Part shown: positions 25,017-36,587 of the stretch, one piece after another | Layout of the letters: each line of letters starts with the position of its first letter | Position numbering within the stretch: the first letter of the stretch is position 1 | NCBI GenBank assembly: GCA_030141605.1 | Contig: JAQGDQ010000029.1 | Span: forward strand, 372,001-436,000 | DNA length: 64,000 nt | Direction of reading: 5' to 3' | From: Tubiluchus corallicola | Lineage: Eukaryota; Animalia; Priapulida | Notes under the pieces: model-generated | Told to the model about the DNA's origin: nothing | What the model saw: the letters and a program-made list of their open reading frames with translations, nothing else | Databases searched by the model: none | Position numbers and translations under genes: made by a program

Positions 25017-28000
25017 GATCATGATGTTATCTTAATAATGCTATATAATGTTAAAATAAATTAATGCAAAACCATACATTCTGTAACAGATGGCGGGGAA
25101 ATGAAACCACAACACTAATTAATTTATCATTCATAATAACAATTGTGAGAATAACCTAGCTGATGAATAATTAACCTAATTATACACTTCATAATTATCA
25201 TTTATTACTGCCCAGGCTGACAATGCTTTGTCTGTTTGAGAACGTCAACATTCAAGTTCCCCAGAGACAACTACAATACAGCAGCTGAGCTCCCAAGAGA
25301 GGAATTAGAAAAGAACTAAATTTACTTTTCATTTTATAATCTTGACATTCATTAATTGAATAAAACCGGTTTGCATGCTATTTTATATTCATGAATGCTA
25401 CGCCATTAATATTCAGTTCGTTGCTGGGAATTCCTTTTTAATCAATTATCATACTGCAAACGTGAGGGAAAGCATATAATTCCCGAGAAATTAAATCAAA
25501 TTTCAATATTTAATTTTTACTGCAAGTATTACTAATCTGTAAGTGGCGGCATACCAACTTGCAGTTCTGCACTTACTCATTTTTTGCTGAGAAACACAGT
25601 CTAACGTTAAAACGATTATGCATTTTTTGTAAGTTATAATGCCTGCCTGCCTTAAGAACAGAAAACCGAGTTCCGTTTCTAAGCAATGCTTTGTAAATTG
25701 TCACAATTTCTTAGTAATGTAGTTTAAATTGGCCAAAATAACTTAAATTTATGTTAAGGAAAGATATTATACTATTGTGATTAGGGGTTAAGCGAGTTCA
25801 CTCATATAAGCCCCATATTTTTCCGCGAAGTAACTATAAACGAAGGATTTAAACTTTACTAATGTTGGTGAGGCAATCACAATGACAAGCAAGTTATTCA
25901 AATCATTGAACGAATTTCGTTCACTACTCTCACAGTAAATTTTAATTAAAGTTAAGAATGTCGAGACGTAACCGCTCTTTTAAAAGGCGTCAGTATCCAC
26001 GTTTTATCTCTTTCTCAATTATACGTCAGCGGCATGAAATTTAAATTTACATCGATTTTTCCTACTCTTAAAATTTTTGTTGCATAGTGACTAAGTTTAT
26101 TGTCCACTTCTCGTATGAGTCACTTTCTCAACAGCCGCTTGAATAAAAATCCAGGGTAACAACAGCGAATAAATGAAATTGTGGTACCACTAACCCGTTC
26201 CCAAGGTCAAACTGGTGTAGTAGTAATAATAGTGTGGAGTTTGTTGCAGACCACACATATCACGAAAGTGTAGCATCATTTCCTTTTACCACACCAGCAG
26301 CTGTCACAAAAGACACGAGGTATTACCCCTTGAGGGCAGGCTGCAAACCACAGGAAATGAATTTCCATTTTCGTCTACAGAGAAATCGATTTTCGAAAAA
26401 GCAACAACTGCATTCAATGTCGCACATATATACACTATAGCTCAGGGTTTCCCAGATTTTAACAAAGAGCAATTAATCAAGAAACTGGCAATGCGCCCTG
26501 ACAAGCGACGAATAAATTGGGATGAAGGGGCAGCCAGCGACAAAACAGTATACCAAGAGAACAGCAACGATCAATTTGCCCTCGTCTTTGTTCGACTGTA
26601 AAAAGCACCTTGTAGATTATCGGTTTAAAAGATTATCCAGTTTGAGCACCTGCCTCTGGTGAAAATGGCTAATCGATTAATAGGATATGAGATCAAAAGA
26701 TCGACAGTGAAAACAGCATTTGAAGATTTTTATCAGCCCTGGGTTCCTTACATCTGCCTGCATTCTTTCTGGAATGTTGTAAGGAAAGCTAGCAACTGTA
26801 AGCGTTTATTTTTGGTATTCACATGAGCTGCAAGCACACAGATAATCGCTGAAAAAATGTGCAAGACGTTTCTTTCTTGAATCCTTGCGATCAGGAGCAA
26901 ATGCACGTCGAAAAGTTTTAAAGTTTTTTTAAACACACAGCGCGAATTACGGGAAAAAACTGAGACAAAGAAGAAAAATGCACCAAATTCCGCCACCAAT
27001 TATAGTGCCAAACATTATCTGTCAAACATTTTATTTCACGTTGCAGAAATACAAAAAAAACCTGCTTACTTGGACCTGAACCCAGGATCTTCAGCAGGAA
27101 ATTTCAAGCACTGAATTTGAAAATAAAAACAAGGAAGCAAACGCGATAAGTTATAGTTCAAGTACCGTCAGTAATAAAGTTTTACTAGAAAATAAAAACG
27201 CTTTTATCTTTCCAAATTTTGCTAAGTATTTAAGAAGCTAGAAATTGGTTTACGGCTACAGGCATCACGTAAAGCGATCACAACACAAAAACCCACAGAA
27301 TTGCCTTATATTGCATACTGAATTAACCCATTAAAATGGATCACATTTAAATATTGACCAAGGTAACCCAACACCGACAGCTGGTCAAATTTCTGAGGGA
27401 ATACGCCCTACTGCTAACCTACGTTGATTGCACTGTAGGTAATGCCCGCTTTTTCAACGGGGGGGGGGGGCGACAGGTGTTCAACGCTATCACAGGTAGA
27501 TTACAATTATTCACCACAAACATATATAAGGGTAATATAGCAATGAATATAATAATACGTGATGGAATAAGATCAGTAATTAGTTCATTATGACACCACA
27601 AAATCATAACGAATTCTGGGGACTAAAGCGAAATTTCAAAATTACAAAAAATACAAAAAATAAATTTTCAAAAATAAAAATAAAATTACAACATTAAAGA
27701 ATAATGAGTCTCGGTGCAAAAACTCAAACATTCGTCATACATAAATTAAAATTTAGTAACGGCAGTAAATAAAACGTAACGTGACAAAATAAAACTCATA
27801 ATATCAAAAATTCTAATTCTTTAGTCTATAATTCCAAACATAATTGTAAGCTGTGTGAACTTTTTCTAAGAATATACATTAACCCTTCAACTGTTTCTGA
27901 TAGCAAAATTACCATATTCGTAAACACTTTATTATTAAACTCTATACACGTGTAACGAAAAGAAATCCAAATAAAGAAACCGTAGTGATACTAATAAATA

Positions 28001-31000
28001 TGTAAAAATCTCGCTGTACCCTTAAATAAATAAATTTCAAGGCAAAAATAATAGTGTATCGAGTACATGTATCTGCAGACAAGAGTACCAATAATGGTTA
28101 TTACTACTTTTACAAGTAACGTAGCTACATTTTATGATACTTACAGGATAACAAGATACAGCACAGGTGTCGTCTACTTGCATACTTATTACTGCCTCGA
28201 CAAGATGAATGTCCCTTTAAATAAATTCCACAGAGATTGTAAGTGCAGTGAACGTTCAAAGGTCAACCAGGTCGGTACGTTTTTATAAAATGAACGAAAA
28301 GTACTGCTAAAAATCGTGTTTATACTCACAAGCAAAAGATACAAAAAGTCACGATAAATTCAACTTGATCTACGCAGATGCTCAAGAATAAACCTTCCAA
28401 GCTGTTTTCGTGAGCGAAATGCGTTGCACAGAAATGATGTAAAATTCGCGCAGGGAATGAAATTAAATAACGACAACGGATAAAAACAATAAAACTTGCG
28501 CTCTGGCGTGCGTAATTGAAACGAACATAGCAATTTATACATCAGCAAGTTAATAAAGTAAAACTTTCTGACGCCGAGACAGCTATAAAGGAAAAACGAT
28601 TTTTCAGACCGTAAGTGTCAGATTCTCAACTTTCAAAGACGAAGCTAGACGAGTTGAGCCAACAAATAATTTAATAAAAGCAATTCCTCAAACGTACAGT
28701 TATTCAAAACTCAACAGAGCACTGTCAAATTAAGCCGTGGACTACTAAGTGGTTACTACGAAATGAATTATTATGCACATTCACGGAACGACACACATCA
28801 AATCATGAACACGAAACTAAAACAGGAAATGCACACACGGCGTCTGTAGTTGGGGGAATATGAGCTGTGACTCAGGACCAGTCATCCGATCATAAACTAC
28901 AGGCGGCGACTTTCACACAGAGTTACCACATTACTAGAAAGACGCTGCCTCGGCAGAAAACAAAACAAGCATGAAAATGGTTTCAACAAAAACCTCAACT
29001 TAAGGGACTAAGCTACAGTCTTCCAAGTGCAGAATTTTTATACGAAATAAATTATAAGATTTAAAGTTATATTTAATATTCTAGCAGACTTAAATAAAAA
29101 CTGTAAGTACAGTTGAAGTAAATTTAAAAACAAAAGAACTGTCACAACTGGAATTCGTATTCACATCTTCAAAACTTTTAGCCACCCACCGTAGGGGGGT
29201 GTAAAATAAATTGCATAAATTTACTGATTTATTATTATTGAACACATTAAATTTTAATGATGTCATTATAAAATCAGTGGTGCTCAAATTTTCCTCATAG
29301 GAACCCGAGGAAGAAACACAATTTGTCAGTTTTATATCAGAATCAGTGCTGGGAAAGAAGGCAAGTGTACTCCAATTTTCTACTTATAAACTCTGAAGTG
29401 ATGGATCTAAATTATCCAGCCTAGAGGTACGCATGCTGTGAACCTGAGAAGTCAAAGATGAATTTCTAACAGCAGGGAAATGTCCATCACAAAAATACTT
29501 GATTTTTAAAAAGCTGGTTTTGAAAGAAAAATACATGTAGATAGAAAGTAATGAAAAACAAGAAAAATCAATTTTTATAACAACAGCATTAAATTGAGAA
29601 AAAAACTTTTAATTACTCATTACAGCTAAAAAATTACAAAAACTAAAGTATAACAAAACTCCAGCTTTAAATTTGATATAAGACTATAAGTAGGTACACA
29701 TATAATTATTTTAAAAAGTTGAAAAACTAACCTCCTTTATAATAGGCATTATGATAATGTAATTTATCTAGAAAATACTATAGACTGTAATAAAACGCTT
29801 CCACCACAGCAGCAGGCAGGAACACAACTGGCTAATGGCTCCCATTGGATTGATAATTTGCTTATTCTAGCTGAGTCACAATCATACAATCAGTCTAATA
29901 ACCCATCCTTTATGCAAGAGCAATCTGACTAAACCTACTTAGCAGAATAGCATAAATCAATGCATGTTTGCATAATAACTCAATTGTTTATCTAAATGAT
30001 GCTAATTAGACGTTTTTTTGGCAAATATTACCACAAATTTGCAGATTTTAGAGCATTCATTTTATCAAAAAAGTTTTTTAAGGTTTTAAAATTTACTGGT
30101 GTCAGATTTCCTGTCTTGCCCAGAAATAAAAAAAATTAACTGGCAATAAAAATACAGCCTTCAAATTTACGCAACTAGTAAAATAATTAAAGCAGATTCT
30201 TACAAATCTATTCTTAATTTTAATTTAAAAGACTGTAGCAATTGCTCTTAGCATAAGACTTATTAACAATCAATTTTTACCATAGATTTAGAAGGAGAGT
30301 GTCAAGAGCTTGTAAATTGATACCATTTTGCTTTTGGTGTCCAAGTGCGTTTATGCTGTAGTTTGCTGTACATATGTTTGCTGCATTTTGGAAGTTGTGA
30401 TTGACATTTTTTGTAATTCCATTATAAATATTACAGTTAGTTCTGAATTAATATAATAAGCCATACATCATAACGAAGTGTTCAGGCTGACCATTCCATG
30501 GGTAAGTGATGATCACTGGATTTTTATAATGATACCAAGATCTTTCTTTTTGTGACTCGTACATAATTATGCCTATTTGCACATTGTACATTTTAAAAAT
30601 AGGAATTTGACACTTTTCTTTGTTTCACTTATTTCCATTTTATCACATTCATTATAGCATGTAGGGCACCGTTGTTTTTTATGAAACAACCAATTTCACA
30701 GTAATGCCTGTTGCTTCAAATTGACCCATTAGTAGTTTAGCAATAATGCAGCTGTACTCCCAAATTTCTTTTTGTGACCGTGTAGACAAAAACTTGTGGT
30801 TGAAATGAGGGTCATGATAGACACGACTGAAAAACCTACTCGATGAATCATAGAACTGAAGCAGCAACGTAGGGGTAGATTATGAAAATTTACATTGCTA
30901 GCGTGTTTTTGCTTTCCGTTTGTAGCTACAACTCTAAACGTTTATGTGAGACAAGCATATCAGATTCAGCAATTTCTAATCAGATTCCTGCAACCAGCAA

Positions 31001-31423
31001 TAATTAAAAATGGCATTTATGAATGAATGAAAAAAAATGAAGACCTCATCATATAGTTAAGACTTCATAATCTAGTCAAAAATGGGTTAATTCGCATCAA
31101 CATAGTCATACGACAAAAAATAAAAAATAGAATCCCCAACCACCCAAAGTGTAAAATGGCAACAAATTGGAAATAAAAATATTCTTAGGCCCTAAATTAA
31201 CAATAATAACTTAGCCAATTTAATCTGTGTATATGACGGGCAAATAACTTTTGTCTGTAATATTGTAAACTAAAAATCGCTGTTAATGATAGCAAATGCC
31301 AAAAAGGTGTAAAAAGTTATTATTGCAGATTCAGCTTGAATGGTAAGTTAGTTACTCGTCCCTAAATGTTTTTGACAGCAAGGTACAACATTAGATGAGA
31401 TTGAAGGTGGTGATCATCTAAAA

Positions 31424-32140
31424 CAGTGGTTGCCAACCTTTTTCTTGCCAAGTACCCCTTTTAAATGTGGCGATCTTCAGCGTACCCCCACCTGATATTT
31501 TTGAACAAATCGTTTGAAAAACCAGTTTCCAGAAAACAACGATTAATATTATCGACAACTTTTTTTGAAAACATGAATTTTATCACTGATTATTAAGAAA
31601 TACGTAATTTGAACAACTTTCTCGAATATGAAAACATCAATACAGGGAAACGCGATCTTCACGATCTTCACAGTAGTCATAATTAATGCGCACGCTGTTC
31701 TTGATGATTATCAACAAGTTTTTTGATATCAGGTTTAATTGTTGATATTGCGACTCGCATGTCGCTCCTCAAATCCAAACGGTTTCTTGCCTTCGTCTTC
31801 AAATGTAGCATTGCACTGAAGCCTAGCTCACATTTGTATGTTGTCACAAATGGAACCAACACCTCGAAAGCCAAATACAGCACAAACAAAGCGACAAAAT
31901 ATAAGCTTTTCGTGGGCGGGTAAAAGTATTTTCTAGCACACTGCGCAGGAATGATATTGTTTGTGAAATATTGCCTAACCTGTAGAAAGAATATCGCGAT
32001 GCTGCAACTTGGTGTATTTTACCCTTTTCACCGGCTACAGAAAGAAAAAAATGTGTCGATCTGACACACCTTCTGCGTACCCCTGGCATTGCTGCTGCGT
32101 ACCCCCAGAGGGTACCCGTACCCCCGGTTGGGAACCACTG
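31424..32140 (-). mobile_element. Internally deleted hAT (Charlie/Buster-like) DNA transposon
   Basis: TIRs CAGTGGTTGCCAACC / GGTTGGGAACCACTG, perfect 8-bp TSD ATCTAAAA (31416-31423, 32141-32148). Internal fragment at about 31683-31865 encodes a hAT transposase C-terminus 'LVPFVTTYKCELGFSAMLHLKTKARNRLDLRSDMRVAISTIKPDIKKLV...QRAH*'. Confidence 0.93.
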
Positions 32141-33769
32141 ATCTAAAACCTTAACTGTTTACATCCAAGATTTGACATCATACGTAATATAATAGTAATA
32201 CGGAAACTTGGCTAACTACCCATTAACATCATTGTTAGTATACCATTTAACATACCATATCTTCATCCTGGAGAAGGTTTCGCTGCAGCGAATGATCTGA
32301 GATTTCTGGGGCAGTAAGCCAACTCTGACTCCATTTACTGAGCAAATTCAAAGCTGTTTATCTTTGTACAATAAGTTTTTTATACATGAACATGAATAAT
32401 TAATTTCAAAGCTTCAGACTAACTTGCCTATATTGCGTTTTGGTGAACAAACATAGATTTACGTTTAGGACTGTCGATGATTGGAATTCATTGAAATAAT
32501 ACTAAGATATGGTGTACTACTAATGCTTCACACTTTAATACAAAACTGGGTCAGTATTAGAAAAACCATCCTGAAATGTATCGCGACCTATTCCAGCCTG
32601 AAGAGACTCTATTACTAGTATTACTAGCAGAGAATTAAACACCTCCACGTGACTTATACTGTTATACACCACAATGGCATAATATTAATAATTAATATTA
32701 TTAACAGTAACTGTGTTTAACAGGATCTACAACGTTAAGTGTATAATTAAGAAGTAACGATGACCGAAGCTATTTAGCTTCACCCCAATCACCGAAGGTA
32801 AGGTAATAATTAATATTAAAATTATAATTTTATATTACAAATAGTAAATACAAATTACCTAAACTGCCTAAGTCAACACTTACCCTAGATAAATGTCATA
32901 CTGTAGTGATTTCACAGGAAATTTTTTAGTTCACCAAAAGTAAAGAAGACATGCCGTAATTAAATTTAATTAATGCCGATAACACTGTTTAAAAAATATT
33001 TAGACACTAACATAACATAACACACGCCTGTCTGTTCGGATTCGGAAATCGTCATTCGTTAACAGAAATCTTAAAAGTCGAAACGCACTCACAAAACTGT
33101 TGCAGGCATTTTGATTCACGTGCATTTTGTTTTCTAGTTGGTGATTCATATCGGTCGTTTAGCATCCACGGATGGTTTCTTGTCAAAAATCAGTTGCAGC
33201 TAATGTGAACATTGTCATTGTTTTCTTATTTTTATGTTTTCTTTTGACTTCTTCTTTCCTCCTATTTTCTTTCTACAAACTGCAATGCATAGCTCTTGTT
33301 TATTCTCCTTTTTTCTCATCATCTACCTACCTCATACTTTATTTCACATTTCATGATGGCTTAGCAAGGTCCCGTTTTTTGCTACCATGCGGCAAATTGC
33401 AACACCATAATATAGTATTTCTAGGGAGTCAGAACTTTTTTTGCTGTTTTCAATTATACAAGAAGTTGTACATGTATGTTTGCATTATTGTAGTTTGCTG
33501 GCGAAATAAATTGATTTTGAATTTGAAAAAAAGCAATCCCCCTATCAAGCCAGGCATCGATATGGACAATATGGACACAATTCCGCCACCCACTGTCAGT
33601 GTTTGGCTGTATGACACCAGTTCCAAAAGTCACATTATTTTAATAGTAATTACTACTAAGGTTAATTAGTATTATTGTTATTGCTGTCATCGTCGGCGTC
33701 ATATCCACCACTAGAGAGCAGTCAGACAACTGAGATCATTATCACTTGTTAGCAGAGGAGCTAGATTTA

Positions 33770-33870
33770 AAAAGCTTGAAGATCTGCAATTCGACCACAC
33801 TTGAATTACGAAGATACTGCGGAGATCTTACAGAAATTTATAAAATGCTAACCAGAAAAGAAAGCATTTT
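33770..33870 (+). mobile_element. CR1-type LINE ORF2 C-terminal fragment
   Basis: Reads TTLELRRYCGDLTEIYKML, resembling the CR1 'TLExRRxRGDLIExYKI' motif. Confidence 0.6.
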
Positions 33871-34423
33871 GCCAGAAATTTCACTTACTATGAGAGCAGT
33901 GATTGAATGCAATAATTTGCCTGCCATGGTGATTGCAGCAAATATCCTAGTAATGTTTAAATTCTTCATTTCTACGAGTTTATGATCTTAACCCCTAATA
34001 AAGACAGAATAACAGTATAATGTTCTGTACGTAATGCACATTTTAATTTGTCCTGACCAGTGATCATGAACTGTAATACCAATACTAATTTATTTAGACC
34101 ATTTATTAGTGCTCTTATATGATGCAAAAAATACGCAAAGAAAACAAGACAAAATATGATAAAGTAGTTCAAGCTGTGCATGGTAATTAAAAGAAAAAGG
34201 TTTTTTAATTTGCTAAAGCAAAGTAAAAAGATAAAATATCAATTAAACCTAAGCAAATTACGTTTCAATAAATGGTCAAATTTGATCATTTAAAATTTCT
34301 TATAGTCGAGACTTACTCAAATATACATAAAAATACACTTCTTCTATAGTCCTTAGAAGTTCATTTATAAAGGTGTACCTGACTAACTGGCAGTTTATCA
34401 CTTTTCAGAGATATTATCGGTAA

Positions 34424-35224
34424 TAGGGCTGAGCATTCTCTACCAGAAAGCGAATTTGAATCGAATTTGTGATTTTCGGATTCAAATTGAATTGAATTTC
34501 AGTATTTCGAATTCGAAATCCGTTGGAAAGATTTTCGAACAGATTTTTGAGCCACCAGTAAAAAGCGGTCTTAAAGAGATTATGCATAATATATTAATCG
34601 ATTTTGTTCTGCAACAAAATCACTATATTAATTTATTAAAAGATTGTACACACAGAATTCACAGCTAAATTATGTTAATTGCATGAAATTTCAAACGTTT
34701 TAAAGATAAGTATTTTGCTAAAGTGCTGAATTATTTCGAAATTATAATTTCATATTTGAATCGAATTTGAACTAGGGGTGAGCATCGAATGTTCGAGCGT
34801 TCGAATTCGATTCGAACGAGTTTTTTTAGTTCGAACTTGATTCGAATCCAAAACTATAGATTCGAATAATTCAGCACTTCAATCACATATGTTCTTTATC
34901 ACTAAAACGATTGAAACATCATGCAATTAGCGTGATTTAGCTGTGATTTCTGTGCACAATTTTATACCAATTACTAGTCGTTTTATTGTAGAACAAAATC
35001 TAGTGAAATGCATGATTTTTGTAAGACTAATTTTTACTGGTGGTTCGAAAACTTGTTCGAAAATCTTTCAATCTCAATTCGAATTCGGCTCGAATTCGAA
35101 ACACTGAAGTTCGGTTCGATTCGAATTCGAAAGTCACAAATTCGGTTCGATTCGAATTCGCTTTCTGGTAAAGAATGCTCACCCCTAATTTTAACTAAAA
35201 AAACCCGTTCGATGCTCCCCCATA
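34424..35224. mobile_element. hAT-type MITE (outer copy) interrupted by a same-family copy
   Basis: Ends TAGGGCTGAGCAT ... ATGCTCCCCCATA, perfect 8-bp TSD ATCGGTAA at 34416-34423 and 35225-35232, TTCGAA-rich subterminal repeats. Confidence 0.85.
34773..35187. mobile_element. hAT-type MITE (inner copy, opposite orientation to the outer copy)
   Basis: Perfect 13-bp TIRs TAGGGGTGAGCAT / ATGCTCACCCCTA, 8-bp TSD ATTTGAAC (34765-34772) / ATTTTAAC (35188-35195). Body is a diverged reverse complement of 34424-34772. Confidence 0.85.
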
Positions 35225-35467
35225 ATCGGTAATAATTTATCAGTAATACTCTCTCAGCAATAATTATAACTATTGAAAGAGCATTTTAATGACAACCCGA
35301 AGAAATACTTTTTACTTATTAGTAATTTAGACTAAGTAGTATTGTATTATCGCTCATCATCTGAACTATTTCGATCATAAGATTTCTCATAAAGAGGTCG
35401 TGGAGCACAGCAAATAGACGCCAGGCGTTAAAAATAATTTAGCGGTTAGATTTGCCTGTTCGACTTA

Positions 35468-35482
35468 GCGCGTGATTTTGAA
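35468..35482 (+). promoter_or_regulatory. CDE/CHR tandem cell-cycle element (DREAM/MuvB site) in the putative Borealin promoter
   Basis: GCGCG-tgat-TTTGAA: CDE-like GC pentamer, 4-nt spacer and consensus CHR in a CpG-containing patch about 1.1 kb upstream of the Borealin ATG. Candidate non-coding exon donor CAG|GTGG at 35607. Fits a G2/M gene. Confidence 0.65.
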
Positions 35483-35894
35483 ACACGCAAAAATTTGTAA
35501 TTTGTGTTGACCATTGAGGTCAGATAATAATAATAAGCTTGTAAAGAAGCCAGTGGTTTGTCAGAACCACTTCGATAACAGTACTAAGAAGTAGTCAGCG
35601 TCGGCAGGTGGGACAAGCTAATTTTTAGTACATACTAGCAGGTCGAACACGAGGACAATTTGCGTTGTTTCGAAAAGTTCGGTCCTTTTGACTAGTACCA
35701 TAATTATGAAATTTTATTTTTGTATGCGTATCAGTATTAGGGCAATTACTTAACCTACTTCTAGCTTCACGGCTGGAAAATCTTACCAAACTGGCGGACG
35801 TAGTACACGGGATACTTCTTACAGAAGGACGATTTTTTCCTGAAGTGTTTTTTATCAAAACGTTAATAGGAATGTTTCTATTTTTCGTCTCGTT

Positions 35895-36125
35895 ATTATT
35901 TATAGATTTGCTGCTTTTAATGTTTAGAGGAATATTGTTCCATTGTAAAGAAGTTGTTAATTTAAGAAAATGCCTACCAAGAATCGTTCTACAATAGGGT
36001 ATAAGATTCTCATTGAAACATGTGTTATATTGTGTTTGATTACCTAATACTGGACTAATAAAAGTAGTTGTAAATAAACCAAAATGTGTTTTGTACATGT
36101 ATATTTGTATATTGTGATAGACCAT
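35895..36125 (-). mobile_element. L2/CR1-group LINE ORF2 C-terminal fragment in probable Borealin first intron
   Basis: Reads IYMYK...QYNTCFNENLIPYCRTILG...QWNNIPLNIKSSKSINN, matching the 'YNTR..PxCRT..WNxIPxxIKxxxS' end of LINE reverse transcriptases. Confidence 0.6.
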
Positions 36126-36587
36126 TCATAATGCGAAGAAATTTTCTTTGATGTTTATTTAAGATAAACAAGTTCATATGATAAGTTCTGCCCCACAATA
36201 CACAACCGCATTGTTGATATTATGCATTGCAAAATGTAGGTGGCACGTTAAAAGAGCTAGTTAATAGTTATAATTAAGAAACCAAAATACAAACATAAAT
36301 TGCACCAAATTGTATTAGGGTTTTAACTAAGCAGTTCATTTATTATTATAAACAGGCACTTGCAGATCATTTAATCATCACACGTGAATAAATGAATTAT
36401 CACTGAGGCTTTAAACTTGACATTGCTTCATTTCTGTGCAAGGCACTTAGTATTACAGCAAGTCTTGCAATTGTTGAATGTTCTGTAACAAATTTGTAAC
36501 TCGAGGTATAAATCACAGCCAAGAAATTTAGTTGATAAATTGTCTCTGTTTTTTTAGACAATCCAGCTTGACCTAAACAGTGTAAAA

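Noticed and set aside
27061-27115. Candidate CYRI 5'UTR mini-exon with GTAAGC donor
   Set aside because: Overlaps a B-box-like GGTTCAGGTCC and A-rich flank, better explained as a SINE/tRNA-like remnant.
27459-27470. G12 run, and the G-tracts at about 39078-39095, as G-quadruplexes
   Set aside because: A single homopolymer or three tracts only, with no supporting context. The second lies within a MITE.
33172-33669. 165-aa hydrophobic ORF
   Set aside because: Arises from T-rich low-complexity sequence, with no recognisable domain or splice context.
35625-36125. 166-aa ORF as an independent gene
   Set aside because: The first half is a LINE ORF2 C-terminal remnant and the rest is read-through into unrelated sequence.
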